A stretch of 64,000 bases of DNA. Origin: an uncultured Actinomycetota bacterium (GTDB taxonomy: Bacteria; Actinomycetota; Actinomycetes; JAFAQI01). This document shows, piece after piece, positions 49,608 through 59,237 of the stretch. The notes beneath the pieces were generated by a model. That model was not told the origin of the DNA, did not search any database, and saw only the letters and a program-made list of their open reading frames with translations. Numbering within the stretch: position 1 is the first letter of the stretch; each line of letters begins with the position of its first letter. A program made the translations under genes and the position numbers. Location of the stretch: assembly GCA_963770565.1 (NCBI GenBank), contig CAVYQE010000001.1, positions 960,001-1,024,000 on the forward strand, read 5' to 3'.

Positions 49608-50579
49608 TCAGGCTGAGTCGGTACGCAGTACCTCGTCCGTGGGTCGTCGCCCGGTCGCCGGCGAGGCCGTTCCGTAGCCCATCCTCAGCACCATCTGCGG
49701 CCACCCGAGCAACCCGAGCTGGGCCCGCAGTTGCTGGCGGGGCGTCGGGTCGTCGATCACCTGATTGAGGGGCGAGGACACGATGCCGAGGCTGGCCGCG
49801 CGAAGCAGCAGGCGAGCCAGCCGCCGGCCGGCATTGAGCCAGTCGAGCTCCCGGTCGTTCGTGGTGCCGACGATGACGACCAGAGGCTTCTCGTCGACCA
49901 CCGGGGTCTCGCTGCCGGGTTCTGAGCCGCCCAGGTGGGCACCGAACTCGCGCTGGACATAGCTGAGGTGCCGCTCCGCGGTCCCCGGGACGGCGGCGTC
50001 GGGGATGCCGTCGGGCGCGTCGCCCTCCCGGCGCCACTGCCGGACCTCCTGCTCGTAGGCCGGGTCGGCGTGCTCGGCGGCGTCGGCGTGCTCGAGCAGC
50101 ACCATCAGCGCGATCGTGTCGTCGGGCCGGGTCACCGGCACCACCCAGGCGTCCGCGACCGCAGCGTCTTCGCGCAGGTCGTCGACGATCTCGGCCGGGA
50201 TCGGGCGCGGGTCGAACGGCGCCCGGACCGTCGTACGGATCGGGATTGCACGGATCAGCTCGGTGTCGACGGCATCGGGCGTCGTGTCGCCGGTAAGCGT
50301 CATCCGGGCCAGCAGGTCGGCGTCGGCCGGGCTGGGAAACGCCTCGATGTCCGCCGATCGACCCTGGGCGAGCAGGGCCAGCCGAAGGTGCTCGAGCGCT
50401 GCGCCGCAGCTGAGCACGAGCTGGCGCCCGGTCGGATCAAGCGCGGGCAGAGCGCGGGTGCGGTCGGCGCGGAGCTCGACGCCGCCATCGCTGGTCACGA
50501 ACCGCCACGGCTGGGTGTTGTGCACCGATGGAGCTCGGCCGGCGAGCTCGACCGCTGCCGTCCAGTCAACGGGGTTCAT
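49608..50579 (-). CDS. Acg-family nitroreductase-like protein
   Basis: RAPSVHNTQPW, SCGAAL, WLNAGR, LRMGYG, TGRRP. Confidence 0.9.
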   Translation of the reverse strand: MNPVDWTAAVELAGRAPSVHNTQPWRFVTSDGGVELRADRTRALPALDPTGRQLVLSCGAALEHLRLALLAQGRSADIEAFPSPADADLLARMTLTGDTTPDAVDTELIRAIPIRTTVRAPFDPRPIPAEIVDDLREDAAVADAWVVPVTRPDDTIALMVLLEHADAAEHADPAYEQEVRQWRREGDAPDGIPDAAVPGTAERHLSYVQREFGAHLGGSEPGSETPVVDEKPLVVIVGTTNDRELDWLNAGRRLARLLLRAASLGIVSSPLNQVIDDPTPRQQLRAQLGLLGWPQMVLRMGYGTASPATGRRPTDEVLRTDSA

Positions 50580-50675
50580 GTGCCCCAGTCCACTCGGTCT
50601 TCGCCGCCCTGGCAAGGCACCGCCCGCGCGGTGCGATGGATGCAGCCGGTTCGCTGTCTGTGGCTATCGTGGCGG

Positions 50676-50691
50676 TGTGACCCAGATCTCT
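50676..50691. promoter_or_regulatory. Possible CRP/GlxR site upstream of dosS
   Basis: TGTGA-CCCAGA-TCTCT, two mismatches to TGTGA-N6-TCACA. Confidence 0.3.
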
Positions 50692-50720
50692 GTCACGCGG
50701 GGGGGAGCGTGGGGGTTTAG

Positions 50721-52457
50721 ATGAGCGAGCACGGCGCGCCCGAGGTGCGACGCGCGGCCGACGCCGCCTCGGAGCCGGCGCGGCTGCGTCTTGACGTGCT
50801 GCTGGCCGAACTCATGGAGCGCGCCAGCGAGGTGCTCGATACCCAAGGCCGGTTGCGTGCGTTGCTCGATGCGGTCGTGTCGATCGCGGAGGACCTGGCC
50901 CTGGAAGCGGTGCTGCAGCGGATCGTCACCGCCGCGTGCGACCTGGTCGGAGCGCGGTACGGCGCGCTCGGGGTGCTCGCGCCCGACCATCGGACCCTGA
51001 GCGACTTCATCACGGTTGGCCTGACCGCCGAGGAGGTGGAGCGGATCGGTGACCTGCCGCAGGGCAAGGGCATCCTCGGCGTCCTGATCGACGCGCCAGA
51101 GCCGCTCAGCCTGGGTCAGCTCGGCGCGCACCCGAAGTCCTTCGGTTTCCCGCCCGGCCATCCGCCGATGTCGACCTTCCTCGGGGTGCCGGTCCGGATC
51201 CGCGACCAGGTGTTCGGCAACCTCTACCTCACCGAGAAGGACGACGGAAAGAGCTTCACTGAGGAGGACGAGCAGCTGGTCGTCGCGCTGGCTGCAGCCG
51301 CAGGCGTGGCGATTCAGAACGCGCAGCTCTTCGACATCCAGCAGCGCCGGCAGCGCTGGCTGACGGCTGGCACCGAGGTTCGAGCGGCCACGACGACCGG
51401 CATCGCGCAGCGCGACTTGTTGGATCTGGTGGCCCGGGAGGGCCGGGTTGCCGCCGTTGCCGACCTGATGGTCCTCGGCATGCCCGACGACGACGGTCGA
51501 TTGGTGGTGCGGGCCGCGGACGGTGCGGACGCCGCCCGCTTTGCCGGGCTGCCGATGAGCGGGCCGAACTCACCCGCCGACCAGGTGGTCAGCACCGGCA
51601 AGCACCTGGTGCTGACCGGTGCCGACGCCGGTGGTTGGCTGGTCGGTGAGACCGACCAGCGATATCGGCTCGCCGTCCTGGCCCCGCTCGGCGGTGACGA
51701 GTCGGGGTCGGCCATTGGCGTCCTGGCGGCCGTCTACAACCGCAGCGTGCATACCGCCGCCGACGACCTCGGCCTCCTGGTCGGGTACGCCGGGCAGGCC
51801 GCGATCGCGCTGCAGCTGACCCGCGCGCGGGCCGACCGCGAGCGGCTGGCGATCCTCGAGGACCGCGACCGGATCGCCCGGGACCTTCACGACCTGGTGA
51901 TCCAACGGCTGTTCGCCACCGGGATGACCCTGCAGAGCGCGGCACCGCGGATCTCCGACCCGGAGGCCGGCCGGCGGATCGCGACGGTGGTCGACGACCT
52001 CGACGCCACCATCCGTGAGCTGCGCCAGGCGATTTACCAGCTGCAGGCGCCCTCGGTCGATGAGGATCTGAGAGCCGACATCCAGCGGGTGGTGGACGAG
52101 GTGGCTGGCGCCTCGGACGCCCGGGTCCGCCTGCACTTCGTCGGCCTGGTGGCCTCGGCCGTGCCGGAGCAGATCCGGCCGCATCTGCTCGCGGTCCTGC
52201 GGGAGGGCTTGTCCAACGCGGTTCGGCACGCCGGTGCGCGCTCGATCGACGTAACGGTCGAGGTCGACCGAGCAGTGGCCGTCACGGTCGCTGATGACGG
52301 CGTCGGCGTGGATCCGGCGGTGACCCGGCGCAGCGGTCTGGCCAACCTCAGCGCCAGGGCGGCGGAGTTCAACGGCAACTGCGAACTGCTCCCCGGCGAG
52401 GGCGGGACCGGGTCGCGACTGGTGTGGCAGGTGCCGTTGGACGGCAGCGAAGCCTGA
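50721..52457 (+). CDS. dosS: DosS/DosT-like GAF-GAF heme sensor kinase
   Basis: ARYGALGV, GFPPGHPPMSTFLGVP (heme His), DRDRIARDLHDLVIQRLF, EGLSNAVRH, DDGVG. Confidence 0.92.
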   Translation: MSEHGAPEVRRAADAASEPARLRLDVLLAELMERASEVLDTQGRLRALLDAVVSIAEDLALEAVLQRIVTAACDLVGARYGALGVLAPDHRTLSDFITVGLTAEEVERIGDLPQGKGILGVLIDAPEPLSLGQLGAHPKSFGFPPGHPPMSTFLGVPVRIRDQVFGNLYLTEKDDGKSFTEEDEQLVVALAAAAGVAIQNAQLFDIQQRRQRWLTAGTEVRAATTTGIAQRDLLDLVAREGRVAAVADLMVLGMPDDDGRLVVRAADGADAARFAGLPMSGPNSPADQVVSTGKHLVLTGADAGGWLVGETDQRYRLAVLAPLGGDESGSAIGVLAAVYNRSVHTAADDLGLLVGYAGQAAIALQLTRARADRERLAILEDRDRIARDLHDLVIQRLFATGMTLQSAAPRISDPEAGRRIATVVDDLDATIRELRQAIYQLQAPSVDEDLRADIQRVVDEVAGASDARVRLHFVGLVASAVPEQIRPHLLAVLREGLSNAVRHAGARSIDVTVEVDRAVAVTVADDGVGVDPAVTRRSGLANLSARAAEFNGNCELLPGEGGTGSRLVWQVPLDGSEA

Positions 52458-52733
52458 TCAGGCAGCGGGCAGGACGACGGCGCGGCCTGCGCTGTCATAG
52501 ATCGCGCCACCGATCCGGCTCAGGACCGAGCTCGAACGGCGGTAGTGGTGGGCGCAGAGCAGGATCTCGATCGGTGCGGTCACGTCCGCGGTAGGCGGCA
52601 GTACGGCCTGAAAGGCCGGCTTGCCCGGGCAGCAACACGATCCCGATGACGGCGCAACGGCGCGCCAGACCAGACGGGGCCATGGCCGGTTGTCAACGGT
52701 AGGTGCTGAGCAGTCGTTGTTCGGTGTCGCCAT
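52458..52733 (-). CDS. Small Cys/His-rich hypothetical protein
   Basis: CCCPGKP...LLCAHH; AGGGAAGG RBS. Confidence 0.6.
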   Translation of the reverse strand: MATPNNDCSAPTVDNRPWPRLVWRAVAPSSGSCCCPGKPAFQAVLPPTADVTAPIEILLCAHHYRRSSSVLSRIGGAIYDSAGRAVVLPAA

Positions 52734-52836
52734 TGGGGTTCCTTCCCTCATTCCTGAGGGTGCCCGCTCGGGTGCCGCCTTAGGCAGAGCAATGCGGCCC
52801 GATCTGGGTGCGGCGATGGTCCTGTCCCGGTGGGCC

Positions 52837-55545
52837 TTAGGGCCCGGCGGTCGAAGGTCCGGGGGACAGCCGGCGTACGAAGGGATCGGGCCCGCCGGCG
52901 GGGGCCAGTCGCACCTTCACGTCGACCGCGCACGCGCCGGTCGGGGAGGCCAGCACCGGGTTGAGGTCGAGCTCGGCGAGCTCGGGCACCTCGACCGCGA
53001 GCTGCCCCACCCGCAACAGCAGGTCGGCGAGGGCTCCCTCGTCCACCGGTTCCGCGCCCCGGTAGCCGTACAACAGCGGCGCGGCGCGTAGCGATCGGAT
53101 CTGAGCCCGGACCTCGGCCCGCCCCAGCGGCGGAAGCCTGAAGCTGCGGTCGGCGAGCAGGTCGGTGGCCACCCCGCCGAGCGCGAACATCGCGATCGGG
53201 CCGACCGCCGGGTCGTTCACGATCCCGACCGCGGTCTCGACTCCGGCCGCCAGCATCGGTTGTACGACGACTCCGGAGTCGGCACCACAGGCCTCCTGGA
53301 TCGCAGCGACGGCGGCGACCACGTCGTCCGGCGTTTGCAGGTCGAGCTTCACGCCACCGATATCGGTCCGGTGCAGGACCGCACCACCCGCGGCCTTGAT
53401 CACGACCGGGAATCCGATCTCGGTCGCGGCCGCGACCGCTTCCGCGGCGGTGTTGGCGCGCACGGTGGTGACGACCGGGACGCCATAGGACGAGACCAGC
53501 GCCGCCGCGCGGTCGGTGTCGAGCCAGCCGCCTTCCGGCTGCTCCTGAAGGAAGGCGGTGACGAGCTCGCGCGCCGCGCGCCGGTGGATTCCTCGCAGCA
53601 GCGGAGGCCGGGGCTCGGGTGTCCGGCGCCATTCCGCGTAGCCGACGACGGCCCCGAGTGCGGTGGCAGCCGTCTCCGGGAAGGCGAAGCAGGGGATCAG
53701 CGAGCCGGCGCCTTCGCGCTGAAGCGGTTCGGGTGCCTCGAGCTGGCCGAGGAATACCCCGATCAGGGTCTTGGCGGGGCGCTCAGCGGCAAGGCGGGCG
53801 AGCGATGCCGCGACGGTGTCGGTGTCGGTGTCACTGAGCGAGGTGTGCACGACCATCACGATGTCGACCTCACCGCTGCGCATCAGCATTTCGGCCGCCG
53901 CGGCGAGCACGCCGGGGGCGCCACCCGCGGTGCTGTCGATCGGGTTCCCGGTCGCCGCGTGCGGCGGCAGGATTCGCGCGAGCTCGCTGCGCGTCTCGGT
54001 GGAGAGCTCGGGAACGACGAGGCCCGCGGCTGCGCTCGCATCAGCAGCGAGTGCTCCCGGCCCGCCGCCGTTGGTGACGATGCCGATCCGCCGGCCGGCG
54101 GGCAACGGCGCATCGGTCACGATGCTCACGATGTCCATGACCTCGCTGAGGCTCTCCGCCCGCATGACCCCGGCCTGCGCGAACAACGCGTTGATCGCCA
54201 CGTCGGGGGTGGCCGCGGCCGCAGTGTGCGACTTGACGCCGCGAGCACCCGCGCTCGACCGCCCGGCGGTGACCGCGATGACCGGCTTCACCCGGGCCAC
54301 CCGGCGGGCGACCCGAGCAAACTTCCGGGCATTTCCGAACGACTCGAGGTAGAGCACGCAAACCCTGGTGTCGCTGTCGCGCTCCCAATACATCAGCAGG
54401 TCGTTGCCGCTCACGTCCGCCTTGTTGCCCATCGAGACGAAGGTCGACAGGCCGATCCGCCGGCGGGTCAGGTAGTCGAGCAGCGCGAGGCCGACGCCGC
54501 CCGACTGGGAGGCCAGGCCGACCGAACCGGCAACCGGTCGGGTCTCGGCGAACGTCCCGTTCATCCGAACCGCTTCGTTGGCATTGACGATGCCGAGACA
54601 GTTGGGTCCGACGAGTCGCATGCCGGCCCGACGGGCGGTGGCCAGGATCGCGGCCTGCTGCGCCTTGCCCTTCGCGCCGAGCTCGGCGAAGCCGTCGCTG
54701 ACGATCACCGCGCCGTACACGCCGATCGAGGCGCAGTCCTCGATCACCGCGGGCACCTCGGGCGCAGGTACGGCGATGATTGCCAGGTCCGGGGGGTGCG
54801 GTAGGTCGCGAAGTGACCCGACTCCGGGAATGCCGCTCACTTCGGCGCCCGACCGGTTGATCGCATACAAGTCGCCGGTGAACCCACCGCTGACGAGGTT
54901 GGCGAGGATTCGATGACCGATGCCGGATCGGCCCGCCCCGACGACGGCGACGCTGCGCGGCGCCAGTACGCGGTCGAGGGAGGCGTGCTCGGCGATCGAC
55001 TCACGGTCCTCGACCGCCAGCCGCCAGGCCGGTCGGTCGGCGACCGCGAACTCCACCTCGACGACCGCGTGCGCCAGGTCCTCGTGGATCTCGGCGCCGA
55101 GATCGCGCAGGACGTGAAGCATCGAGAGGTTCTCGGCCAGCACGTCTGCCCGCAGCCGCCGGTAGCCCATCGAGCGGGCCGCGCCGACGAGCTGCTCGAG
55201 CAGCAGCATGCCGATCCCATTGCCGTGGTGGCTGTCGTCAACGAGCATCGCGAACTCGGCGGTGCCGGGCTTGTCGGTGGCCTCGATGCAGCCGACGCCG
55301 AGCACCGTGGACTGGTCGATCGCGACCAGCGCGTCGTGATCACCCGAGCGCGGGCGCAGCATGCGTTCCACGTCCTGGTGCCCGGCCCGCTCGGAGTAGG
55401 TGAAGAAGCGCAGCCGGAGCGACTCCGCCGCCGTTCGCTCGTAGAGATCGGTGAGGCCGGCCTCGTCGGACGCCTGAACCGGACGAATCGTGACCACCGT
55501 GCCGTCGGTCAACAGGACGTCGGACGACTCCAGAGCAGGCCTCAT
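52837..55545 (-). CDS. GNAT acetyltransferase fused to NDP-forming acyl-CoA synthetase domains (Pat-like)
   Basis: LRLRFF, AEFAMLV...HGNGIG; PRSVAVVGA, GPNCLG, SQSGG, GNKAD, SHTAA; ATP-grasp LDLNP. Confidence 0.9.
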   Translation of the reverse strand: MRPALESSDVLLTDGTVVTIRPVQASDEAGLTDLYERTAAESLRLRFFTYSERAGHQDVERMLRPRSGDHDALVAIDQSTVLGVGCIEATDKPGTAEFAMLVDDSHHGNGIGMLLLEQLVGAARSMGYRRLRADVLAENLSMLHVLRDLGAEIHEDLAHAVVEVEFAVADRPAWRLAVEDRESIAEHASLDRVLAPRSVAVVGAGRSGIGHRILANLVSGGFTGDLYAINRSGAEVSGIPGVGSLRDLPHPPDLAIIAVPAPEVPAVIEDCASIGVYGAVIVSDGFAELGAKGKAQQAAILATARRAGMRLVGPNCLGIVNANEAVRMNGTFAETRPVAGSVGLASQSGGVGLALLDYLTRRRIGLSTFVSMGNKADVSGNDLLMYWERDSDTRVCVLYLESFGNARKFARVARRVARVKPVIAVTAGRSSAGARGVKSHTAAAATPDVAINALFAQAGVMRAESLSEVMDIVSIVTDAPLPAGRRIGIVTNGGGPGALAADASAAAGLVVPELSTETRSELARILPPHAATGNPIDSTAGGAPGVLAAAAEMLMRSGEVDIVMVVHTSLSDTDTDTVAASLARLAAERPAKTLIGVFLGQLEAPEPLQREGAGSLIPCFAFPETAATALGAVVGYAEWRRTPEPRPPLLRGIHRRAARELVTAFLQEQPEGGWLDTDRAAALVSSYGVPVVTTVRANTAAEAVAAATEIGFPVVIKAAGGAVLHRTDIGGVKLDLQTPDDVVAAVAAIQEACGADSGVVVQPMLAAGVETAVGIVNDPAVGPIAMFALGGVATDLLADRSFRLPPLGRAEVRAQIRSLRAAPLLYGYRGAEPVDEGALADLLLRVGQLAVEVPELAELDLNPVLASPTGACAVDVKVRLAPAGGPDPFVRRLSPGPSTAGP

Positions 55546-55579
55546 GCACCGAGGGTGGGGTCGAGGCGGGCCGGTCGCC

Positions 55580-55597
55580 TAGGGCCGAACGTCCCGA
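55580..55597. promoter_or_regulatory. DosR-box-like site
   Basis: TAGGGCCGAACGTCCCGA upstream of the Pat-like gene. Confidence 0.75.
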
Positions 55598-55732
55598 TGT
55601 CAGCGGTCCAAGGCGGCTGAATTTGCGGACTGTTGGTTTGGTCGAACGGGTTTGGCGTGCCACAGTGATCATTAGCACCGGAGCCTCCTACCCGGACCCG
55701 TAGCGATCGCCGGCGATTCCCCATGAAGGGCG

Positions 55733-56464
55733 ATGACAGCGATGGCACGACCCGCCCGTCCCAGCGTGACCAAGGCGGGGGCGGATCCAGCCCTGATGCA
55801 CTCCACCGAGCCGGACAGCCTGCGCCCGCTCTCGGATGCGATGGTCACCGATGCCCTGCTCTGGGCGTTGCTCGATGCGGTTCCCGACGGTCTCGTCCTG
55901 GTCGACACCGACGGCCAGATGCTGCTCGTCAACACCCACCTCGAGGAGATGTTCGGCTACGACCGGGGGGAGTTGCTCGGGCAGTCGGTCGACTTGCTGT
56001 TGCCGGAACGGGCCCGTACGACGCACGCCCAGCATCGGGCCGACTTCATCGAGGATCCCCGGATCCGGGCGATGGGGCTGGGGCTCGACCTCGTCGGCCG
56101 GCATCGCGACGGCCATGACATCCCGATCGACATTCGGCTCAGCCACCTCGACACCTCCGACGGCCTCTGCGTGATCGCTGCGGTGCGCGAGGACAGCGCT
56201 CGCCGGATCGCGATCCAGGACCGTGAAGAGGCGAGCCTGTCCGATCAGAACCTGCGGATCGCGCGGGAGCTCGGCGACACGGTGGTCCGCAGCATCTACA
56301 GCGCAGGCCTGCGGCTGCACACGTTGATGCCCCAGACGACCGAGTCGATTCGAACCGAGATGACCGCCCTGGTTGCCGACCTCGACGCGATCATTAGCGA
56401 GATCCGCAACATCCTGTTCCCGATCGGCGAGTCGGCCCGCCCGACGGAGCCCCGGTCGAGCTAG
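55733..56464 (+). CDS. PAS protein with degenerate DosS-like DHp (His to Gly) and no ATPase domain
   Basis: PAS (PDGLVLVD...FGYDRGELLG), then RIARELGDTVVRSIY...DLDAIISEIRNILF and stop; start may be 55796. Confidence 0.75.
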   Translation: MTAMARPARPSVTKAGADPALMHSTEPDSLRPLSDAMVTDALLWALLDAVPDGLVLVDTDGQMLLVNTHLEEMFGYDRGELLGQSVDLLLPERARTTHAQHRADFIEDPRIRAMGLGLDLVGRHRDGHDIPIDIRLSHLDTSDGLCVIAAVREDSARRIAIQDREEASLSDQNLRIARELGDTVVRSIYSAGLRLHTLMPQTTESIRTEMTALVADLDAIISEIRNILFPIGESARPTEPRSS

Positions 56465-58086
56465 TCGCCGGCCAGATCCCGTCGCGACAGTGCGACGCCT
56501 CCGGTGACTGCGGCCAGGGCGCCGACCGCGACGAGCACCGCTGCGCTCGTGAGGTCGGGCGCCCGGGCCGGCGCAGCGGTCATCTGATGCAGCAGCGACG
56601 TATCGAGCAACCAACGGCTCGACCCCACGATCCCGGCCAGCAGCTCGACCAGGAACGACCAGGCGATGACGGCGTACATGACGGCACTCGCCGCCCGCGG
56701 CCAGAGGCCCAGAGTCAACGTGCCGATGCCGACCAGGCAGAGGGCGGGCGGGATTGTGTTGAGACCGGCACCGAGCAGGCTGGTCACGCTGATCCCGGTC
56801 TGGTTCGCGGCAGTCCCCAACCAGCTGAACACCCCCGCCGTGAGTCCCGACCCGATCACCACCGCAACCGCCACGACCAGCTTGCCGGCCAACCAGGTGG
56901 TCCTGGAGACCGGCCGGACCAAGAAGTGGTCCAAGTGCCCGCTGGACTCTTCGTGGCGGGCCGCGGTGATCTGCCCGGTCGCCACGGCCATCACCAGGAC
57001 CGCCACGATCAAGAACGAGATCGCGAGGTAGGACTTTGCCTGCGCGCCGGACCCTCCCAGCCGGATCAACGCCTGGCCGGCGCCGGAGGTGTCCTGTAGC
57101 GACTTGACCGCTTGCTTGGTCACCGAGCCGATGAGCAGCGCCTCGGCGGCAACGGCGGTCAGCCAGCCGATGACGCTCGGCCGCACGAGCCGCACCGTGA
57201 GCCCGATCGGACCGGTGAGCAATCTCACGTTGGCACGGCCGTCGGCCCGGTCGCGCAGGGTGCCGGTGCCGATATCGCGTCGACCCGCGAGCTGGATGGC
57301 GAGCCACGAGAGAAAGACGGTGAGCGCGGCAATCGGAAGCAGGGCCAGTGGCCGCGGGTTGGCGAACGGTTGCAGGGTTTCCACCCAGCCGAGCGGGCTG
57401 GCCCACCGCAGCCACCCGACACCGCGGGCGGCGTCGGCGACCGCCCGGATCGCGAAGCAGACCCCGAACAACCCGCCGGTGAAGCTTGCGGCCTGCCGAC
57501 GGGTCGTGGCGAGCTGGCTGGCGAGCGCCCCGGCCGCTAGGAACATCGCCGCACCGCACACCACGCTGACCGCGAAGAACAACGCCGAGCCGACCGGCCA
57601 GTCGGTGGTCGAGCCGCGCCCGACCGCGACCGTGATGACCGCCGTGACGGCGAACATCGCGGCAAGTGCGGCCGACAACGCAAGCAACGCCTGCGCGGTG
57701 GCCCGGCGGGGTGTCGTCTGCCCGGAGAGCAGCAACTCCCAGCGCCCGGCGTCTTCCTCGCCGCGCAGCAGCTTGGTGGCCGTGAGCATTCCCCAGACCG
57801 CACCGATGATCGTCAGGACGGCCAGGCTCTTCCAGGCGGTGTAGCCGGCCACGTTCTGGAGCTGATGCCCGGGGCCCATCAATGCGGTCAGTCCGCCGGA
57901 GGAGAACGATCTCGCCAACGTCTCCCGTTGTGCGGCCGTCTTGTACGCCGAGGCGTAACCGTAGGCCTGCAACGCGACGTAGACGCCGAAGACCACACCC
58001 CATAGCAGCCCGGACCGTAGAGACCTGCGCATGGTCTCCCGGGTGACGACCGTACGTGGCCGGAGCTGCGCGGTCGGAGCGGTCAC
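56461..58086 (-). CDS. ABC-2 type double-length permease
   Basis: RGEEDAGRWELLL and RHEESSGHLD internal repeat, ~12 TM. Confidence 0.85.
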   Translation of the reverse strand: MTAPTAQLRPRTVVTRETMRRSLRSGLLWGVVFGVYVALQAYGYASAYKTAAQRETLARSFSSGGLTALMGPGHQLQNVAGYTAWKSLAVLTIIGAVWGMLTATKLLRGEEDAGRWELLLSGQTTPRRATAQALLALSAALAAMFAVTAVITVAVGRGSTTDWPVGSALFFAVSVVCGAAMFLAAGALASQLATTRRQAASFTGGLFGVCFAIRAVADAARGVGWLRWASPLGWVETLQPFANPRPLALLPIAALTVFLSWLAIQLAGRRDIGTGTLRDRADGRANVRLLTGPIGLTVRLVRPSVIGWLTAVAAEALLIGSVTKQAVKSLQDTSGAGQALIRLGGSGAQAKSYLAISFLIVAVLVMAVATGQITAARHEESSGHLDHFLVRPVSRTTWLAGKLVVAVAVVIGSGLTAGVFSWLGTAANQTGISVTSLLGAGLNTIPPALCLVGIGTLTLGLWPRAASAVMYAVIAWSFLVELLAGIVGSSRWLLDTSLLHQMTAAPARAPDLTSAAVLVAVGALAAVTGGVALSRRDLAGD

Positions 58087-58991
58087 CGGGAGTCCGGGCC
58101 GTCGGTGGCGGCGTGACCGTAGTGAGCGAGGAACAGCTCCTCGAGCGAGGGTTCGCGGCTGAGCAGCTCGTGCACACCGGCGACGGCGAGGACCTTCAAC
58201 AGCGGCTCGATCGTGCCCTGGACCTGGCAACGGACCGTGTGCCCTTCGACCACCACTGCGCTGACGCCGGGCACCCGGGTCAGGTCGGGTATTGACCCGT
58301 CAAAGGTTGCCTCGACGGTCAGCGAGGACAGGTGGCGAAGATCGGTCAGGGTGCCGATGTCGACGAGCCGGCCCGCGCGCAGGATTCCGACCCGGTCGCA
58401 CAACGCTTCGACCTCGCTAAGGATGTGGGAGGAGAGGAAGACGGTCTGCTCGCGCTCCTTCGCCTCGTAGATGCAATGGCGGAAGGCTTGTTCCATCAGC
58501 GGGTCGAGACCATTGGTCGGTTCGTCGAGCAGCAGCAGGTCGGGGCGGGTCATCAGCGCCGCGATCAGGATCAGCTTCTGCCGGTTGCCCTTGGAGTAGG
58601 CGCGCACCTTCTTCGCGAGGTCGAGGTCGAAGCGGTCGACGAGCTGGTCGCGATAGGGCTCGTCGACCTGGCCCTGCACCTGACCGAGCAGATGCAGCGT
58701 CTCGGCGCCGGTCAGCGATGGCCAGAGGCTTGCCTCGCCCGGGACATAGGCCAGCCGTCGATGCGCGGCGACCGCGTCCTGCCGGCAGTCCAGACCGAAG
58801 ATCTCGGCCCGGCCGGCACTCGGGTGGATCAGCCCGAGCAACAGCCGGATCGTCGTCGTCTTGCCGGCGCCGTTCGGGCCGAGCACGCCGAGCACCTCAC
58901 CGGGCGCGACCTCGAGGTCGAGCTCGCTCAGCGCTGCGACATGGCCGTAGTGCTTGGTGAGCCCGTACGTGCGGATTGCGGATAACGGCAT
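58083..58991 (-). CDS. ABC transporter ATP-binding protein
   Basis: GPNGAGKTT, YSKGNRQK, LDEPT, LSSH. Confidence 0.92.
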   Translation of the reverse strand: MPLSAIRTYGLTKHYGHVAALSELDLEVAPGEVLGVLGPNGAGKTTTIRLLLGLIHPSAGRAEIFGLDCRQDAVAAHRRLAYVPGEASLWPSLTGAETLHLLGQVQGQVDEPYRDQLVDRFDLDLAKKVRAYSKGNRQKLILIAALMTRPDLLLLDEPTNGLDPLMEQAFRHCIYEAKEREQTVFLSSHILSEVEALCDRVGILRAGRLVDIGTLTDLRHLSSLTVEATFDGSIPDLTRVPGVSAVVVEGHTVRCQVQGTIEPLLKVLAVAGVHELLSREPSLEELFLAHYGHAATDGPDSR

Positions 58992-59043
58992 CGGCGTACC
59001 TCCTGTGTCTGGTGCCAGTACAGAGCGAACCGGCCGGGACAAA

Positions 59044-59129
59044 CAGGGCAGAAGGTCCCGAACTGGTGGTGCGCGGACGCTTCGCCGATCTGGGACCTCT
59101 GGCGAGGGTTGATGGGACCTTCGGTCCTG
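59044..59129. promoter_or_regulatory. Cluster of DosR-box-like sites
   Basis: CAGGGCAGAAGGTCCCGA (59044-59061) and ATGGGACCTTCGGTCCTG (59112-59129), plus half-sites. Confidence 0.7.
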
Positions 59130-59237
59130 TCGGCCGAGCGACCCGGTCGGCAGTTTGATACCAGCCGGCCATCGCTGGATGCGCTCGGCAGGCGACCCGG
59201 ATCACCGGGCCATCATCACTGAAGGAGTTGTTTTCAG

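Noticed and set aside
55688-58177. 829-aa minus-strand ORF
   Set aside because: Arg/Ala/Gly-rich off-frame shadow of the ABC permease and PAS genes, typical of high-GC DNA.
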